Shown: one piece after another, positions 20,354-30,879 of the stretch
Position numbering within the stretch: position 1 is the stretch's first letter
Layout of the letters: each line of letters starts with the position of its first letter
Source of the DNA: Deltaproteobacteria bacterium
GTDB taxonomy: Bacteria > Myxococcota > Kuafuiibacteriia > Kuafuiibacteriales > Kuafuiibacteriaceae
NCBI GenBank assembly: GCA_040218735.1
Contig: JAVJQW010000022.1
Span: 139,901 to 203,900, forward strand
DNA: 64,000 nt
Direction: 5' to 3'
The notes under the pieces: model-generated
Database searches by the model: none
What the model saw: the letters and a program-made list of their open reading frames with translations, nothing else
Told to the model about the DNA's origin: nothing
Program-made: the position numbers and the translations under genes

Positions 20354-21700
20354 GTGCGCATAGCCGCGATGTTGCTGGTGCTCCTCTTCGCCGTGCCCGC
20401 CCAGGCCGCCGGCTCGGGGACGCTCCTGGACTTCGTGAAGGGTCGCAACGATCTGTCGAAGCGCGAGCGCGCGCGCTGGACCCGCGCGGTGAAGCTCCGC
20501 TTCGGGGGCGCCGCGCTCAACGACGAGGCCGAGGACCGCCCGGAGATCGGGGTCGCGAAGGCCATCCTCTCCGCGGCGATCTTCATGGGCGTGAAGCCGA
20601 AGAAGGCCGTCGACGCCGCGTGGGAGGGCTGGCGCGGGGCGCTCGGTTACGTCCCGCCGCCGATCGCCATTCACTACGAGATCCTGACCCTCCAGGGGCG
20701 CAAACCCCGGGGGCGGGCCATCGACCTCGCGTTCAAGTTCCCGGACTACTACAACGAGGAGATCGCGCCGGAGCTGGTCGCGTACTGGGAGGAGAACCTC
20801 GCCGCCGGGAAGATCCCCGATGCGGCCCTCGAAGAGACCAAGGAGGCCCTCGTCGCCACCCGCATCAAGATGCGGCCTCTCCTCCTGGACAAGCTCCGGC
20901 TGATGGCGGCGCTCGCCCGTGAGCTGGAGACCGCCGACGGCGCGCGCCGCGCCGAGATCGAGAAGGACCTCGGCGAGCTCGACGACGAGCTGAAGCGCGC
21001 CTTCTCCCGCGTCGCCCGCCGCCCGGAGGTCCTGGACCGCCGCAAGAAGCCGTACGACCGCCTCCGCATCCAGCTGGAGGACATGGGGCTGAGGCCGACC
21101 CCCGAGGATCGCCTCCTCGACCCGCGCGCCGCGCCGCCGCCCCGCAAATCCGTCCCGCAGGTCACCGAGAAGCCCGTCGAGCGCGGCGACGACGGGACGG
21201 TGCTCGCGGAGCCCGACGAGGCGCCGCCCGCGGTGCTCCCCCCGCAGCCGCGGCCCGGCGATCGGGGCAAGTTCGAGGACATCGTCCCCGGGCGCACCCT
21301 CGCGGAGCTGGTGAAAGCCTACAAGCAGCGCCTGGAACGCGCGGTCCAGGGGTGGCTCGGGACCCCGTATCGGTGGGGGAACGGGACGCCGAAGGTGGGC
21401 ACCGACTGTTCGGGGTTCGTGCAGGCGCTGTTCGGCAACGTGTTCGAGATCCGGCTCCCGCGTGTCAGCCGCGATCAGTACCGGACGGGCCGGTCCGTCT
21501 CGCGGAAGGATCTTCGCCCCGGCGACCTCGTTTTCTTCGACACACGCGACGCTGGGCGTATAAATCACGTCGGCGTCTACGCCGGAAAAGGGATGTTTGC
21601 GCACGCCAGCTCGAGTCGTGGCGTGGTCTACGACAAGCTCGCGTCGCGTTACTTCGCGCGAGCCTACCGCGGCGCGCGTCGACTGCTCGCTTATCCGTGA
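20354..21700 (+). CDS. NlpC/P60 (C40) peptidase with large helical N-terminal domain
   Basis: Signal peptide; LGTPYRWG, DCSGFV, LPRVSRDQ, PGDLVFF, HVGVY, FAHASS. Confidence 0.92.
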   Translation: MRIAAMLLVLLFAVPAQAAGSGTLLDFVKGRNDLSKRERARWTRAVKLRFGGAALNDEAEDRPEIGVAKAILSAAIFMGVKPKKAVDAAWEGWRGALGYVPPPIAIHYEILTLQGRKPRGRAIDLAFKFPDYYNEEIAPELVAYWEENLAAGKIPDAALEETKEALVATRIKMRPLLLDKLRLMAALARELETADGARRAEIEKDLGELDDELKRAFSRVARRPEVLDRRKKPYDRLRIQLEDMGLRPTPEDRLLDPRAAPPPRKSVPQVTEKPVERGDDGTVLAEPDEAPPAVLPPQPRPGDRGKFEDIVPGRTLAELVKAYKQRLERAVQGWLGTPYRWGNGTPKVGTDCSGFVQALFGNVFEIRLPRVSRDQYRTGRSVSRKDLRPGDLVFFDTRDAGRINHVGVYAGKGMFAHASSSRGVVYDKLASRYFARAYRGARRLLAYP

Positions 21701-21721
21701 GGCGGCGGCGCACGAGGCAGC

Positions 21722-24700
21722 ATGACGGAGACTGGCGTTCGGCCCGAGCCCCTGGTGAAGCGGGGTTTGGTGCGCCGAGTCCTCAAGGGCATCGCCGTCA
21801 CGTTCGGCTTCTTGTTCATCTTCGCCGTCGGCTTCCTCTACTGGGCGTTCAAGACGGGGCGCGCCGTGGAGGCCGTGCGGCAGGAGATCGCGGTCGAGCT
21901 CGATCGGCGGTGCGGGGTCGAGGCGGAGTTCAGGAAGCTCACGCTCGACCCGCTCGCCCGGAAGATCAACCTCGAGCAGCTGTCGATGCGGCACAAGGGC
22001 GGCGACGAGATCGTCGCGGTCGAGGAGGCGATCGTCCGCCTGGATCTGCTGCCGCTGTTCTACGGGCGGCTGCAGCTCGACGCGATCGATCTGCTGCGTC
22101 CGCGCGCGCGCATCGCGTTCGTCGACGGCGTGCCGGTGAACCTGCCGGAGTGTGTGCGCCCGAAGGACGACACCGAGTCCGCGCCGATCGTGCTCGGCAT
22201 CTCGGGGCTGTCCGTCGAGGACGGTGAGGTGCAGCTCGCGGTCGACGACATCACGCAGATCGACGTCGCCGACCTCAACGTTCAGCTCAAGCCGGGCGTG
22301 TCGAGCGGCGTGGACCTGACGATGTCGATCGACGACGGCTCGGTGCAGGTCGGGACCGCGACGCACGCGCTGACGCGCGTTCGTTTGAATGGACACCTGG
22401 AAGGGCTCTTGTCGCGGCCGCGCGCGATCGTACTGGAGCAGCTCGCGGTGGGCATCGGTCGCGTCGACGCATCGGGGTCGGGGTCGATCGATCTTCTCGG
22501 ACCGGTCTACGAAGCAAAGCTGGGGCTCGAGCTCCCGCTCGACGCCATCGAGGACTTCGTGCCCGGCGTCCCGAAGATGAAGGGGGCGGCGCGGTTCGAC
22601 GTCGCCGTGGCGGGGACGTTCCTCGACCCTCGGGGTGCAGGCTCGGTGCGCGTGAAGGGCGCGAAGATCGACGCGTTCTCGCTCGGCGACACGCTGGAGG
22701 TCGACTTCTCCGCGGACCGACGCGGCGTGAAGATCAACGAAGTCGAAGTGCGCCTCGCGGACGGCGCGATCCGGGGGAAGGGCGGCATCAACTTCGACGA
22801 CCACTACTCGGCGTCCTTCGACACCACGCAGGCCGACGTCTCCCTCGCGCGGGTCTTCGAGTCCCTCGGTGTGACGGGGCCGTGGGTCGATCTGATCGGG
22901 AGCGGGACGACTCAGCTCTCCGGGACGCTGGACCCGGTCGTGCTCACCGGACCGTTCGAGTACGACGTCGTGAACGCACGTGTGTACGACGGCGCGTGGG
23001 ACCGGCCGGTGGTGTTCGGCAAACCTCGGGAGTCGATACCGCCCGAGAACCTGATGCTCGCGATCGACGCGGCGCACGCGACGGGGATCTGGCACTTCGG
23101 TCTGGACGGCGTGCGGCTGGAGGACATTAGGCTGACGTCGGGCGCGACGGAGGGGCACGCGGACGTCGCCGTGCGCTTCGGCGAGCAGGGCGGCGTGTCG
23201 ATCACCACGAACTTCCCGTCGTTCGACTTCGTCGACCTCGGTCCGATCGCGGGGCTCGCGTTCTCCGGGGTGGGGACGATGTCCGGCGAGCTGTCGGGGC
23301 CGTTCGAGGAGCTCGTCGGCGTCGGCGCGTTCGAGTTCGCGGACATCGAGATCGGCGGCATCCCGTTCGGCGGGGGGACCGGGACGGTGCGGTGGCACGA
23401 CATCGTGTCGCTCGACGTGAGCGGCATCCAGGGGCGCCTCGGCGAGTCGAGCTACGAGGGGCAGGTGCAGGTCACGCTGACCGACGACGTCCCGCTGAAC
23501 ATCTTCGGCGAGGTCACGCGCGGTCGCATCGAGGACCTGTTGATACCGTTCGGCGTCGACGGCCGGGAGTGGGGCGACCCGACCGGGAAGATCGCCGCGA
23601 AGTTCGATCTCACGGGGCCCGTGACTGCGCTGACCGGCCCGATCGACATGCAGGTGGAGTCGGCCGCGATCGTCGGCGAGACGACGCAAGGTGGGCGGCT
23701 GATCGGGCGCATGGAACGCGGACGAGTGGTCGTCGACTCACTCCAGCTCAAGAAACACGAGGGGCGCATCTTCGGGAGCGGCTGGATCGACCCGAACCTC
23801 GGCAACCTGCAAGCGAACTTGCGCACCGCGGGCGCGAAGCTCCAGTCCATCGATTTGATTCGCACCACGCAGCCGAAGCTCGACGGTGACTTGGCGCTGA
23901 CCTTCGAGGTCGGCGGGTCGTTCATGGGCGTGACGGGCACGATCGCGGCGGACCTCGAAGAGGTCGCGGCCGGCCCCGTGAAGCTCGGGCGCGGGCGCTT
24001 CGACGGGAAGCTCCGCGGCGCGAACATGGAGTACGTCGCGTCGGCGCTCCGCGACCGCCTGAAGTCGACGGGCGTCATCGGCCTCGGCAGCGGCATCCCG
24101 TACACGGCGAAGATCACGTACACGGACGTCGCCGCACCGGACATCGTGAGCGGCCTGCAGGGCCACCGCGACTACCGCGGGACGACGACCGGCACCGCGG
24201 ACCTGTCTGGCTCGCTCGTCGACTGGCACCTGTCGAGCGGCAAGGTCTACCTCGAGAAGGGCGTGCTCGATCTCGACGGCGTGCACCTCGAGACCTCGGC
24301 GCCCGCGCGCTTCACGATGACCCGGGGCGTGCTCGAGACGAAGCGCCTCAGCATCACCGGTCCACGCACTCGCCTCACCGGCGAGGGGCGCTTCGGGTCG
24401 CAGGCGATCGACATGAAGGTGTCGGGCCGCATCGACCTCGCGATCGCGGAGCTGCTCAACGAAAACGTGGTGAAGGCGGGCGGCAACCTCCTCGTCGACG
24501 CGACGCTCGGCGGGCGCCCCGACGCGCTGACGCTGGTCGGCGCGGGCCGCATCGAGCGAGGTCTGCTGGAGTGGGCGGGCTTCGACAATCGCATCACCGC
24601 GATGACGGCGGACCTCACGTTCTCGCAGTCCACGATCCTGATCGAGCGCGCCGTCGGGCAGTGGGCGGGTGGCAAGATCGCGATGAACGGCAACGTGCTC

Positions 24701-25684
24701 CTGGAGAGCTACCTGCCGCGCCGCTTTACGCTGAACCTCAACCTCACGGACGTCGCGCCGCGCATGACCTACCCGACGCTGGACGTCTACGGCGTGCTGA
24801 CCGGCGCGGTGCAGATCTTCGGGACGCAGGACCGTATCAAGGTGCGCGGTGACCTCGACGTGCGCCGCGGGCGTGCGCGGCCGAAGATCGATCTGCAGAG
24901 CCTCGTTGGCTCGAACCGCATCGCCGATGTGTACGACCCGTCGCGGGAGGTCGTGGACCTCGACGTGCACTTCCACGCGAAGGACAACGTCCGCATCAAG
25001 AACGACGATGTCGATCTGGAGGCCACGGGTGACCTGCGGCTGACCGGCACCAACGAGCGCTACGGCATGCTCGGCACGGCGTCGCTGATCCAGGGCGGCC
25101 GCGTCGCGTTCATCGGACGCGAGTACACGATGGAGAGCGGCACGGTGACCTTCAAGGATCGCTACCGCTTCGACGTGGGTTACGACCTCATCATGAGCGC
25201 GCAGGCGTGCCAGGCGCGCATCCGCGTGAACCTCGTCGGCTCGTTCGAGGACGTGAGCACGACGTACTCCAGCAACCCGGAGATGGACGAACGCAACATC
25301 GTGTCGTGCCTGATCCGCGGCGTGAAGGTGACGGACCTCGACCGCGACCTCGCGTCGTTCGCGGGGAGCGCGCTGCTGAAGCTGTCGGGTGTGGACCGAC
25401 AGGTGAAGAAGGTGCTTCCGATCGATCAGATCGACGTGACCACCGAATACTCGTCCCAGGCGCGCGCGTACGAGCCGCGCGTGCTCGTCGCGAAGGACCT
25501 CTCGGTGCTCGATCGCCCCGCGCGCCTCGAGTACTCGAGCTCGCTCCTCAGGACGAACGACCAGCGCGCGGCGCTCCGCGTGCGGCTCACGCCGCGCCTC
25601 AACCTCCAGTTCGGTTGGACGTCCTCCGAGGACGTGCCCTACGGCGACTGGGGTCTCGACCTCAAGCAGCGCTGGGAGTGGTGA
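21722..25684 (+). CDS. tamB: Translocation/assembly module TamB-like (AsmA-like) protein
   Basis: 1320 aa; N-terminal TM anchor; repeated beta-taco pattern; C-terminal beta strands ending WEW; upstream of an Omp85 gene. Confidence 0.85.
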   Translation: MTETGVRPEPLVKRGLVRRVLKGIAVTFGFLFIFAVGFLYWAFKTGRAVEAVRQEIAVELDRRCGVEAEFRKLTLDPLARKINLEQLSMRHKGGDEIVAVEEAIVRLDLLPLFYGRLQLDAIDLLRPRARIAFVDGVPVNLPECVRPKDDTESAPIVLGISGLSVEDGEVQLAVDDITQIDVADLNVQLKPGVSSGVDLTMSIDDGSVQVGTATHALTRVRLNGHLEGLLSRPRAIVLEQLAVGIGRVDASGSGSIDLLGPVYEAKLGLELPLDAIEDFVPGVPKMKGAARFDVAVAGTFLDPRGAGSVRVKGAKIDAFSLGDTLEVDFSADRRGVKINEVEVRLADGAIRGKGGINFDDHYSASFDTTQADVSLARVFESLGVTGPWVDLIGSGTTQLSGTLDPVVLTGPFEYDVVNARVYDGAWDRPVVFGKPRESIPPENLMLAIDAAHATGIWHFGLDGVRLEDIRLTSGATEGHADVAVRFGEQGGVSITTNFPSFDFVDLGPIAGLAFSGVGTMSGELSGPFEELVGVGAFEFADIEIGGIPFGGGTGTVRWHDIVSLDVSGIQGRLGESSYEGQVQVTLTDDVPLNIFGEVTRGRIEDLLIPFGVDGREWGDPTGKIAAKFDLTGPVTALTGPIDMQVESAAIVGETTQGGRLIGRMERGRVVVDSLQLKKHEGRIFGSGWIDPNLGNLQANLRTAGAKLQSIDLIRTTQPKLDGDLALTFEVGGSFMGVTGTIAADLEEVAAGPVKLGRGRFDGKLRGANMEYVASALRDRLKSTGVIGLGSGIPYTAKITYTDVAAPDIVSGLQGHRDYRGTTTGTADLSGSLVDWHLSSGKVYLEKGVLDLDGVHLETSAPARFTMTRGVLETKRLSITGPRTRLTGEGRFGSQAIDMKVSGRIDLAIAELLNENVVKAGGNLLVDATLGGRPDALTLVGAGRIERGLLEWAGFDNRITAMTADLTFSQSTILIERAVGQWAGGKIAMNGNVLLESYLPRRFTLNLNLTDVAPRMTYPTLDVYGVLTGAVQIFGTQDRIKVRGDLDVRRGRARPKIDLQSLVGSNRIADVYDPSREVVDLDVHFHAKDNVRIKNDDVDLEATGDLRLTGTNERYGMLGTASLIQGGRVAFIGREYTMESGTVTFKDRYRFDVGYDLIMSAQACQARIRVNLVGSFEDVSTTYSSNPEMDERNIVSCLIRGVKVTDLDRDLASFAGSALLKLSGVDRQVKKVLPIDQIDVTTEYSSQARAYEPRVLVAKDLSVLDRPARLEYSSSLLRTNDQRAALRVRLTPRLNLQFGWTSSEDVPYGDWGLDLKQRWEW

Positions 25685-25688
25685 GCTG

Positions 25689-28600
25689 ATGGGTCTCGGC
25701 ATCGCGGCGTTGGTCGCGCTCACCGTCGCGCAGTCGCCGGCACCGGAGCCCGAGCGCATCACGGGGCTGGTGATCGATCGCGTGACGTTCGAGGCGGCGC
25801 CGACCGAGGACATCGACGACCTCCGTCAGCTCGCGGGGCTCGTGGAGGGGGAGGCCTTCTCACCGTCGGCGGTTCGCCGCGCGGTGAAGGTGTTGTTCCG
25901 GGTCGGTCGCTTCGAGAACGTGCTGGTGTACGCGACGCGCGACGACAATCGCGTGCGGGTTCGCGTGGTGCTGCCGCCGCGCGGCATCGTGCGTGCGCTG
26001 GAGGTGATCGCGAGCGAGGAGCTGACGCAGGAGGAGATCGAGGAGGCGATGGGGGCGACGGCCGACAGCCCGATCGATCCGCGTCGGTTCCCGCAGATGC
26101 GCGACGCGCTGGAGGAGGTGCTGCGCGACCGAGGTTTTCGGCAGGCCGCGGTGGGGTTGGCGTTCGAGCCGGCCGACGACAGCGGTGGGCTTCGCGTCCT
26201 GGTGCGCATCGACGAGGGGCCGCAGACGGTCGTGCGAGCGATCGCCCTGAACGGAGAGACGAAGCTGCCGCGGTGGGAGGTCGAGCGACGGCTCGGCGTT
26301 CGGCCCGGGGACGTCGTGGACCTCCGCGAGATTCGCGCGGCGCTCGAGAAGCTGACGCAAGACTACAAGCGGGCGGGCTTCTGGGACGCGCAGATCGCGT
26401 TGACGGACGTGGTGGCGAAGCGCGCGACGCGTGAGGGCTCGCCGCTGGCGGACGTGGTGTTCACCGTGGCGCCCGGGCCGGCGGTGAAGGTCGAGCTGGT
26501 CGGCAACGCGGTGATGCCGACGCGGATGCTGGAGCAGGACACGGTGCCGTTGGTGTCGCTGGGGACGGGGCCTTCGATCGTCGCGGAGGTGAAAGAGCGG
26601 ATCGTCAATCGCTACCACCGGCGCGGACACTTCGCGGCGCGAGTGCGCGAGCGGGTGACGACTTCGCCGGACGACAAGCAGCGTACCGTCGCGTTCTTGA
26701 TCCACGAGGGGCCGGTGGGCCGGGTGGGACGCTTGGCGTTCCCCGGCAACACGGAGGTGGACCGGGAGACGCTGGAGCGTCAGGTGGAGGACCTCGTGTC
26801 GAACGCGATGGCCGACGAGCTGAGTCGGCCGGGTGCGGATCCGGCGGAGGTCTCGGCGCTGTTCGGGGACCACTCCACGCAGCGCCCGCGGACGCCGGCG
26901 CAGCCGGACAGCACGGCGCCGAAGCCGGACCGGCTGTACATCGCGCGGGCGTACCAGCAGGCGGGTGACGTCATCGCGGACATGTATCGCGCGCGTGGTT
27001 ACCAGACGGTGAAGGTCGCGGAGCCGGACGTGCGACCGCGCAAGAACCCGACGCTGTTGGACGTGTCGATCGCGATCGAGCCGGGGATGAAGTGGACGAT
27101 CGGGGCGCTGTCGTTCTCGGGGAACGACGCGGTGACGGCGGGTGCGTTGTTCGAGCTGTCCGGGATGGATCCGACGGTGGTCGGTGGGACGGCGGTTTCG
27201 TTCGATCAGGTGGAGGAGGCGCGCCGGGCGATCCTCACGAAGTACCGGAACGACGGCTATCTGTACGCGTCGGTGTCCGAGAGCCTGCGTCAGGTGCCAC
27301 CGCGGGGTTCGTTGGGGAGCTTCGGGTTCGTCGACACATCCACGAGCGCGCCGCTGGACGTGCGCGCGGTGTGTCAGCGCGCCGAGGAGGCGGGCGAGGA
27401 CACGTGTCCGGTGGAGCTGGTGTTCCGGATCGACGAGGGGCCGCAGGTGAAGACGCGCGAGGTGATCGTGCGCGGGGTGAACATCACGCAGGGCGGGGTG
27501 GTGCGGAGTGAGTTGCTCGTGAAGGACGGGAAGATCCTGAGCGAGGACGACATGGTTCGCACGCGCGACAACCTGTTGCGGGTCGGGGTGTTCGAGCGGG
27601 TGACGGTGAGTCCGTTGGACGAGGATCAGGTGGCGTCGGAGAAGGACGTGATCGTCGATGTTCGCGAGCGGAAGAACTACTCGCTGGAGCTCGGGATTGG
27701 TGCGTCGACGGAGGAGGGCGTGCGCGCGTTTGCGGGGTTCGGTGACTCGAACCTCGGCGGGAGCGCGTTGCGGCTTCAGCTCCTCGGCAAGGTGAACGTT
27801 TGGTTGCCGCAGCTGTTGGTGCTGTACGACTCACAAATCCGTGAGCGGATTCAGTCGTTCTACAATGACTTCTCGACGTTCGAGCGCATGGAGTACGAGG
27901 TCGCGGCGGGGTTGAGTTACCCGCGCATCTTCGGGTTGCCGCCGGGGTTCACCGCGGGGCTCGATGTCATCGCGTTGCGCGACTACGATCCGGCGTTCGC
28001 GGAGAACACGCAGAAGATCACGTTGATCGGAAACTACAAGGGGTGGCGCCCGGTGGTGGCGGATGCGCCGCGCCCGGTGGCGATTCAGGTGCGCACCGAC
28101 TTCGAGCGTGCGGACCTGGACTGTAACAACGACCTGGATCGTCCGGAGCTGTGCAGCACGGAGCTGTTCGATCCGAACCGGCCGCGCGTCGAGGGTTCGA
28201 ACATCTACATCTCGGCGGGGCCGTCGGTGAGTTGGGATTTGAGGGACGAACCGCTGAACCCGTCGGCGGGGGCTTATCTGGAGGTCTCCGGAAATTACGC
28301 GAAGGGGTTGGATTCGAACTCACCCGACCACGTGACGGTGGAGGGTCGGGCGAACGTCTATCTGCCGGCGCCGTACATGCGGGGGGTGGTGTTGGCGGTG
28401 TCGTTGCTCGGCGGGAAGATCTTCCCGATCAGCAGCGACGAGGTGCCCGTCAACCGCCGCTTCTTCGCGGGCGGCCGGCGCACGGTGCGTGGGTATCCGG
28501 AGAAGACGCTGCTGCCGCAGGACACGACGCTCGACGCGGACGGCGTGCCGACCGTGACGATCTCCCCCGGCGGTAAGTTGATGCTCGCGCTGAAGTCCGA

Positions 28601-28877
28601 GGTGCGCATCGCGCTGTTCGGCCCGCTGTCGATGGCGATGTTCTACGACGTGGGTGACCTGTGGTTCGACGGTAACTTCTCGCTGTCGACGGAGCAGACG
28701 ATCGGCCCCGCGGACGCGCCGCGCACGGCGACACGAACCCTGGCGCAGGGGATCGGGCTCGGCGTGCGCGTCGCGACGCCGATCGGACCGCTGGCGGTGG
28801 ACTTCGCGGTGCCGCTGAACCAGCGCGACCCGGGCGCCACGGACCCGCAGCTGCACTTCGCGGTGGGGACGTTCTGA
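25689..28877 (+). CDS. BamA/TamA (Omp85) family protein with multiple POTRA domains
   Basis: POTRA repeats (IDEGP, Y...GY); barrel motifs FFAGG..TVRGY, TPIGPLAVDFA; C-terminal F. Confidence 0.92.
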   Translation: MGLGIAALVALTVAQSPAPEPERITGLVIDRVTFEAAPTEDIDDLRQLAGLVEGEAFSPSAVRRAVKVLFRVGRFENVLVYATRDDNRVRVRVVLPPRGIVRALEVIASEELTQEEIEEAMGATADSPIDPRRFPQMRDALEEVLRDRGFRQAAVGLAFEPADDSGGLRVLVRIDEGPQTVVRAIALNGETKLPRWEVERRLGVRPGDVVDLREIRAALEKLTQDYKRAGFWDAQIALTDVVAKRATREGSPLADVVFTVAPGPAVKVELVGNAVMPTRMLEQDTVPLVSLGTGPSIVAEVKERIVNRYHRRGHFAARVRERVTTSPDDKQRTVAFLIHEGPVGRVGRLAFPGNTEVDRETLERQVEDLVSNAMADELSRPGADPAEVSALFGDHSTQRPRTPAQPDSTAPKPDRLYIARAYQQAGDVIADMYRARGYQTVKVAEPDVRPRKNPTLLDVSIAIEPGMKWTIGALSFSGNDAVTAGALFELSGMDPTVVGGTAVSFDQVEEARRAILTKYRNDGYLYASVSESLRQVPPRGSLGSFGFVDTSTSAPLDVRAVCQRAEEAGEDTCPVELVFRIDEGPQVKTREVIVRGVNITQGGVVRSELLVKDGKILSEDDMVRTRDNLLRVGVFERVTVSPLDEDQVASEKDVIVDVRERKNYSLELGIGASTEEGVRAFAGFGDSNLGGSALRLQLLGKVNVWLPQLLVLYDSQIRERIQSFYNDFSTFERMEYEVAAGLSYPRIFGLPPGFTAGLDVIALRDYDPAFAENTQKITLIGNYKGWRPVVADAPRPVAIQVRTDFERADLDCNNDLDRPELCSTELFDPNRPRVEGSNIYISAGPSVSWDLRDEPLNPSAGAYLEVSGNYAKGLDSNSPDHVTVEGRANVYLPAPYMRGVVLAVSLLGGKIFPISSDEVPVNRRFFAGGRRTVRGYPEKTLLPQDTTLDADGVPTVTISPGGKLMLALKSEVRIALFGPLSMAMFYDVGDLWFDGNFSLSTEQTIGPADAPRTATRTLAQGIGLGVRVATPIGPLAVDFAVPLNQRDPGATDPQLHFAVGTF

Positions 28878-28879
28878 GG

Positions 28880-28904
28880 CGGCCCGCCCGTGACGGGCGG
28901 GCCG
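28880..28904. terminator. Hairpin between convergent genes
   Basis: CGGCCCGCCCG-TGA-CGGGCGGGCCG, an 11-bp perfect inverted repeat. Confidence 0.55.
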
Positions 28905-28917
28905 GGACGAGGCGGGG

Positions 28918-30879
28918 CTAGAACTCTTCGACCGCGACTTCGGAGGCGGTGACGATAGTCTCACCGTCCACGACGAACGAGGTCTCGAGCACTGCCGAGT
29001 CGACGAAGTCGAAGTTGAACTCCGATCCGAGGTCGACGACGAACTCCTCGTCGGGGTTCTCGACCTCGATTTTGATGCCCCCCATCGTCGGGTCGCACCA
29101 CGCCGGCTGGCACGGCGTCATGCGTAGAACCATCGTGTCGAGGTCCTCGGTGGCCGCGTCGTACTCGATCTTTCCGGAGAACATCGACTGCCAACCCATA
29201 CAGGCTGGACAAGACGGTTTCCCGGGCTGAGGTCCGACCCAGGGACGCTCGATGTTCTGGTCGATCAGGGGGACCGTCGGAAGGTTCGTCAGCGTCGCCG
29301 GCGTCAGCGGGCCGCTGAGGAGTCCCGGGAACTCGATGTCGATCACGGCGCTCATGTCGACGACGACGTTCGCACCGGCCGGGCGTGCGGGGCACGTGGC
29401 CGGGCACGCGGCGCCCGCGCACACGGCGTGAATCGTGTTGCAGATGTCGATGCGGCGTTGACTGAAGGTCGTGGAAAGGCCCGTGGCACCCTGCTGGAAG
29501 TCCGCGGGTTCGGGCAGCAGAACACCGTTGTCATAGACGAGGTCCACGATATCTCGACGTTCGGCCTGCGAGTCGTAGCGCCAGATGAGCGCGGCGAGCC
29601 CGGAGAACGCCGCCGCCGAGACCGACGTTCCAGAGCGAGCGAGCGTGGGGGGCGAGCCGATGATGTTCTGCGCAAAGGTATCCACGACGCCGAACGCAGC
29701 CGGGCCGACGATTCGTGGCGTGCCGCCGTTGCGCGCAACGCCGAGCGTCTCGTCGCGGCCACTCACAGCTCCGATTGCGTAGAGCGCTGGGCGGTAGCTC
29801 GAGGTCGCGCCGTCGCTACACAGCGTGTCTTCGAACTCCCATCCTCCCGGGTAGAGCGGTCCGGTCTGAGTGGTCACCTGTGCGCGGTTGCCGGCGGCCG
29901 CGACGACGAGCGCGCCTGCGCAGGCCGCGTGCTGGATCGACAGCCAGGCCGCGAGCCCGGTCGTTCGCATGTCGGGGCCGTGAAGACCGGAGTACCTTTC
30001 GTGCCAGCCGATGCTCATGTTCATGACGAGGTTTGCGGAGCTGGCGCTATACTTCCAGTCGTACAGAGCGCGGTCGATGGCGTCGGCCACGTCACTCGGG
30101 TAGCCGTGGGCGCCGCCGTCGAGCGTGAGCGCCTGGTAGGTGAGGATGTCCCCCGCACAGTCGATCTCGGTACCGTTGCGGGAGATGCAGCTCGCATCTC
30201 GTGCGATGGAGCTGACGATCATCCCGTGGTCGGAGTCACCAGGGGGGGGGGCGACGGGGCTCCCATCGGGGGTCGAGTCGATGACCGCAATACGTACCGG
30301 GTGGCCCCCGGGGATCTGCGCACCAGGCCCGAAGTTGGCGTGGTTGAGTTGCGCGCGATACGCATCGCGCAAGAGCGTCGCGGACGCAGGCTGCGTCGGG
30401 AGGAACTGCGGCGCGACGACTCGGCAGTCACGTTCCAACCGCATCCTGCCGGTGTTCGGGAGAGCCGAGATGACCGGAGGCCCCGGGTTGGACGAGGACT
30501 CGATCCACTCGTATTTACAGAACCGATCGAGCTCTTCGGGGTGCTCGGGGAAGTTGCCGCCAACCCAGTTGCTCGTGAACAGGGGGCTGACCTGCCAGGA
30601 GCCCCCCGGAGTCAGCCGACCGGCGGCTGGGCACGTGAATTTGCTGCTGATCGCCGTGAGGTAGTACCCGATCCACCGCTCGTCCACGCACGCGTCCTGC
30701 AACTCCGGCGGGAGGGCGCCCTCGCGTCCCCCGCACGAGTAGCTCCCGCCGCCAGGCGGACACGGTGGAGGCGTGAAGCCCATCGTCGAGATCGACGACG
30801 TCGCGACGCGGAGCGTCTCGGGCTGTTCGGGACCGCAGGCCACGAGGGGCAGCAGCGCGAGGAAGTAGGTTCTGTTCAT
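28918..30879 (-). CDS. S8 subtilisin-like serine peptidase, lipoprotein, Cys-rich
   Basis: Lipobox LVAC; IAVIDS (Asp), DHG (His), NMSIG, AAAGN (oxyanion Asn), SGTSVSA (Ser). Confidence 0.9.
   Translation of the reverse strand: MNRTYFLALLPLVACGPEQPETLRVATSSISTMGFTPPPCPPGGGSYSCGGREGALPPELQDACVDERWIGYYLTAISSKFTCPAAGRLTPGGSWQVSPLFTSNWVGGNFPEHPEELDRFCKYEWIESSSNPGPPVISALPNTGRMRLERDCRVVAPQFLPTQPASATLLRDAYRAQLNHANFGPGAQIPGGHPVRIAVIDSTPDGSPVAPPPGDSDHGMIVSSIARDASCISRNGTEIDCAGDILTYQALTLDGGAHGYPSDVADAIDRALYDWKYSASSANLVMNMSIGWHERYSGLHGPDMRTTGLAAWLSIQHAACAGALVVAAAGNRAQVTTQTGPLYPGGWEFEDTLCSDGATSSYRPALYAIGAVSGRDETLGVARNGGTPRIVGPAAFGVVDTFAQNIIGSPPTLARSGTSVSAAAFSGLAALIWRYDSQAERRDIVDLVYDNGVLLPEPADFQQGATGLSTTFSQRRIDICNTIHAVCAGAACPATCPARPAGANVVVDMSAVIDIEFPGLLSGPLTPATLTNLPTVPLIDQNIERPWVGPQPGKPSCPACMGWQSMFSGKIEYDAATEDLDTMVLRMTPCQPAWCDPTMGGIKIEVENPDEEFVVDLGSEFNFDFVDSAVLETSFVVDGETIVTASEVAVEEF

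Noticed and set aside
20237-23689. 1150-aa minus-strand ORF and similar long shadows (8004-10547 upstream part, 23738-25813, 41705-43342, 48170-49001)
   Set aside because: Antisense to well-supported genes, Arg/Pro-rich and motif-free; typical high-GC artefacts.
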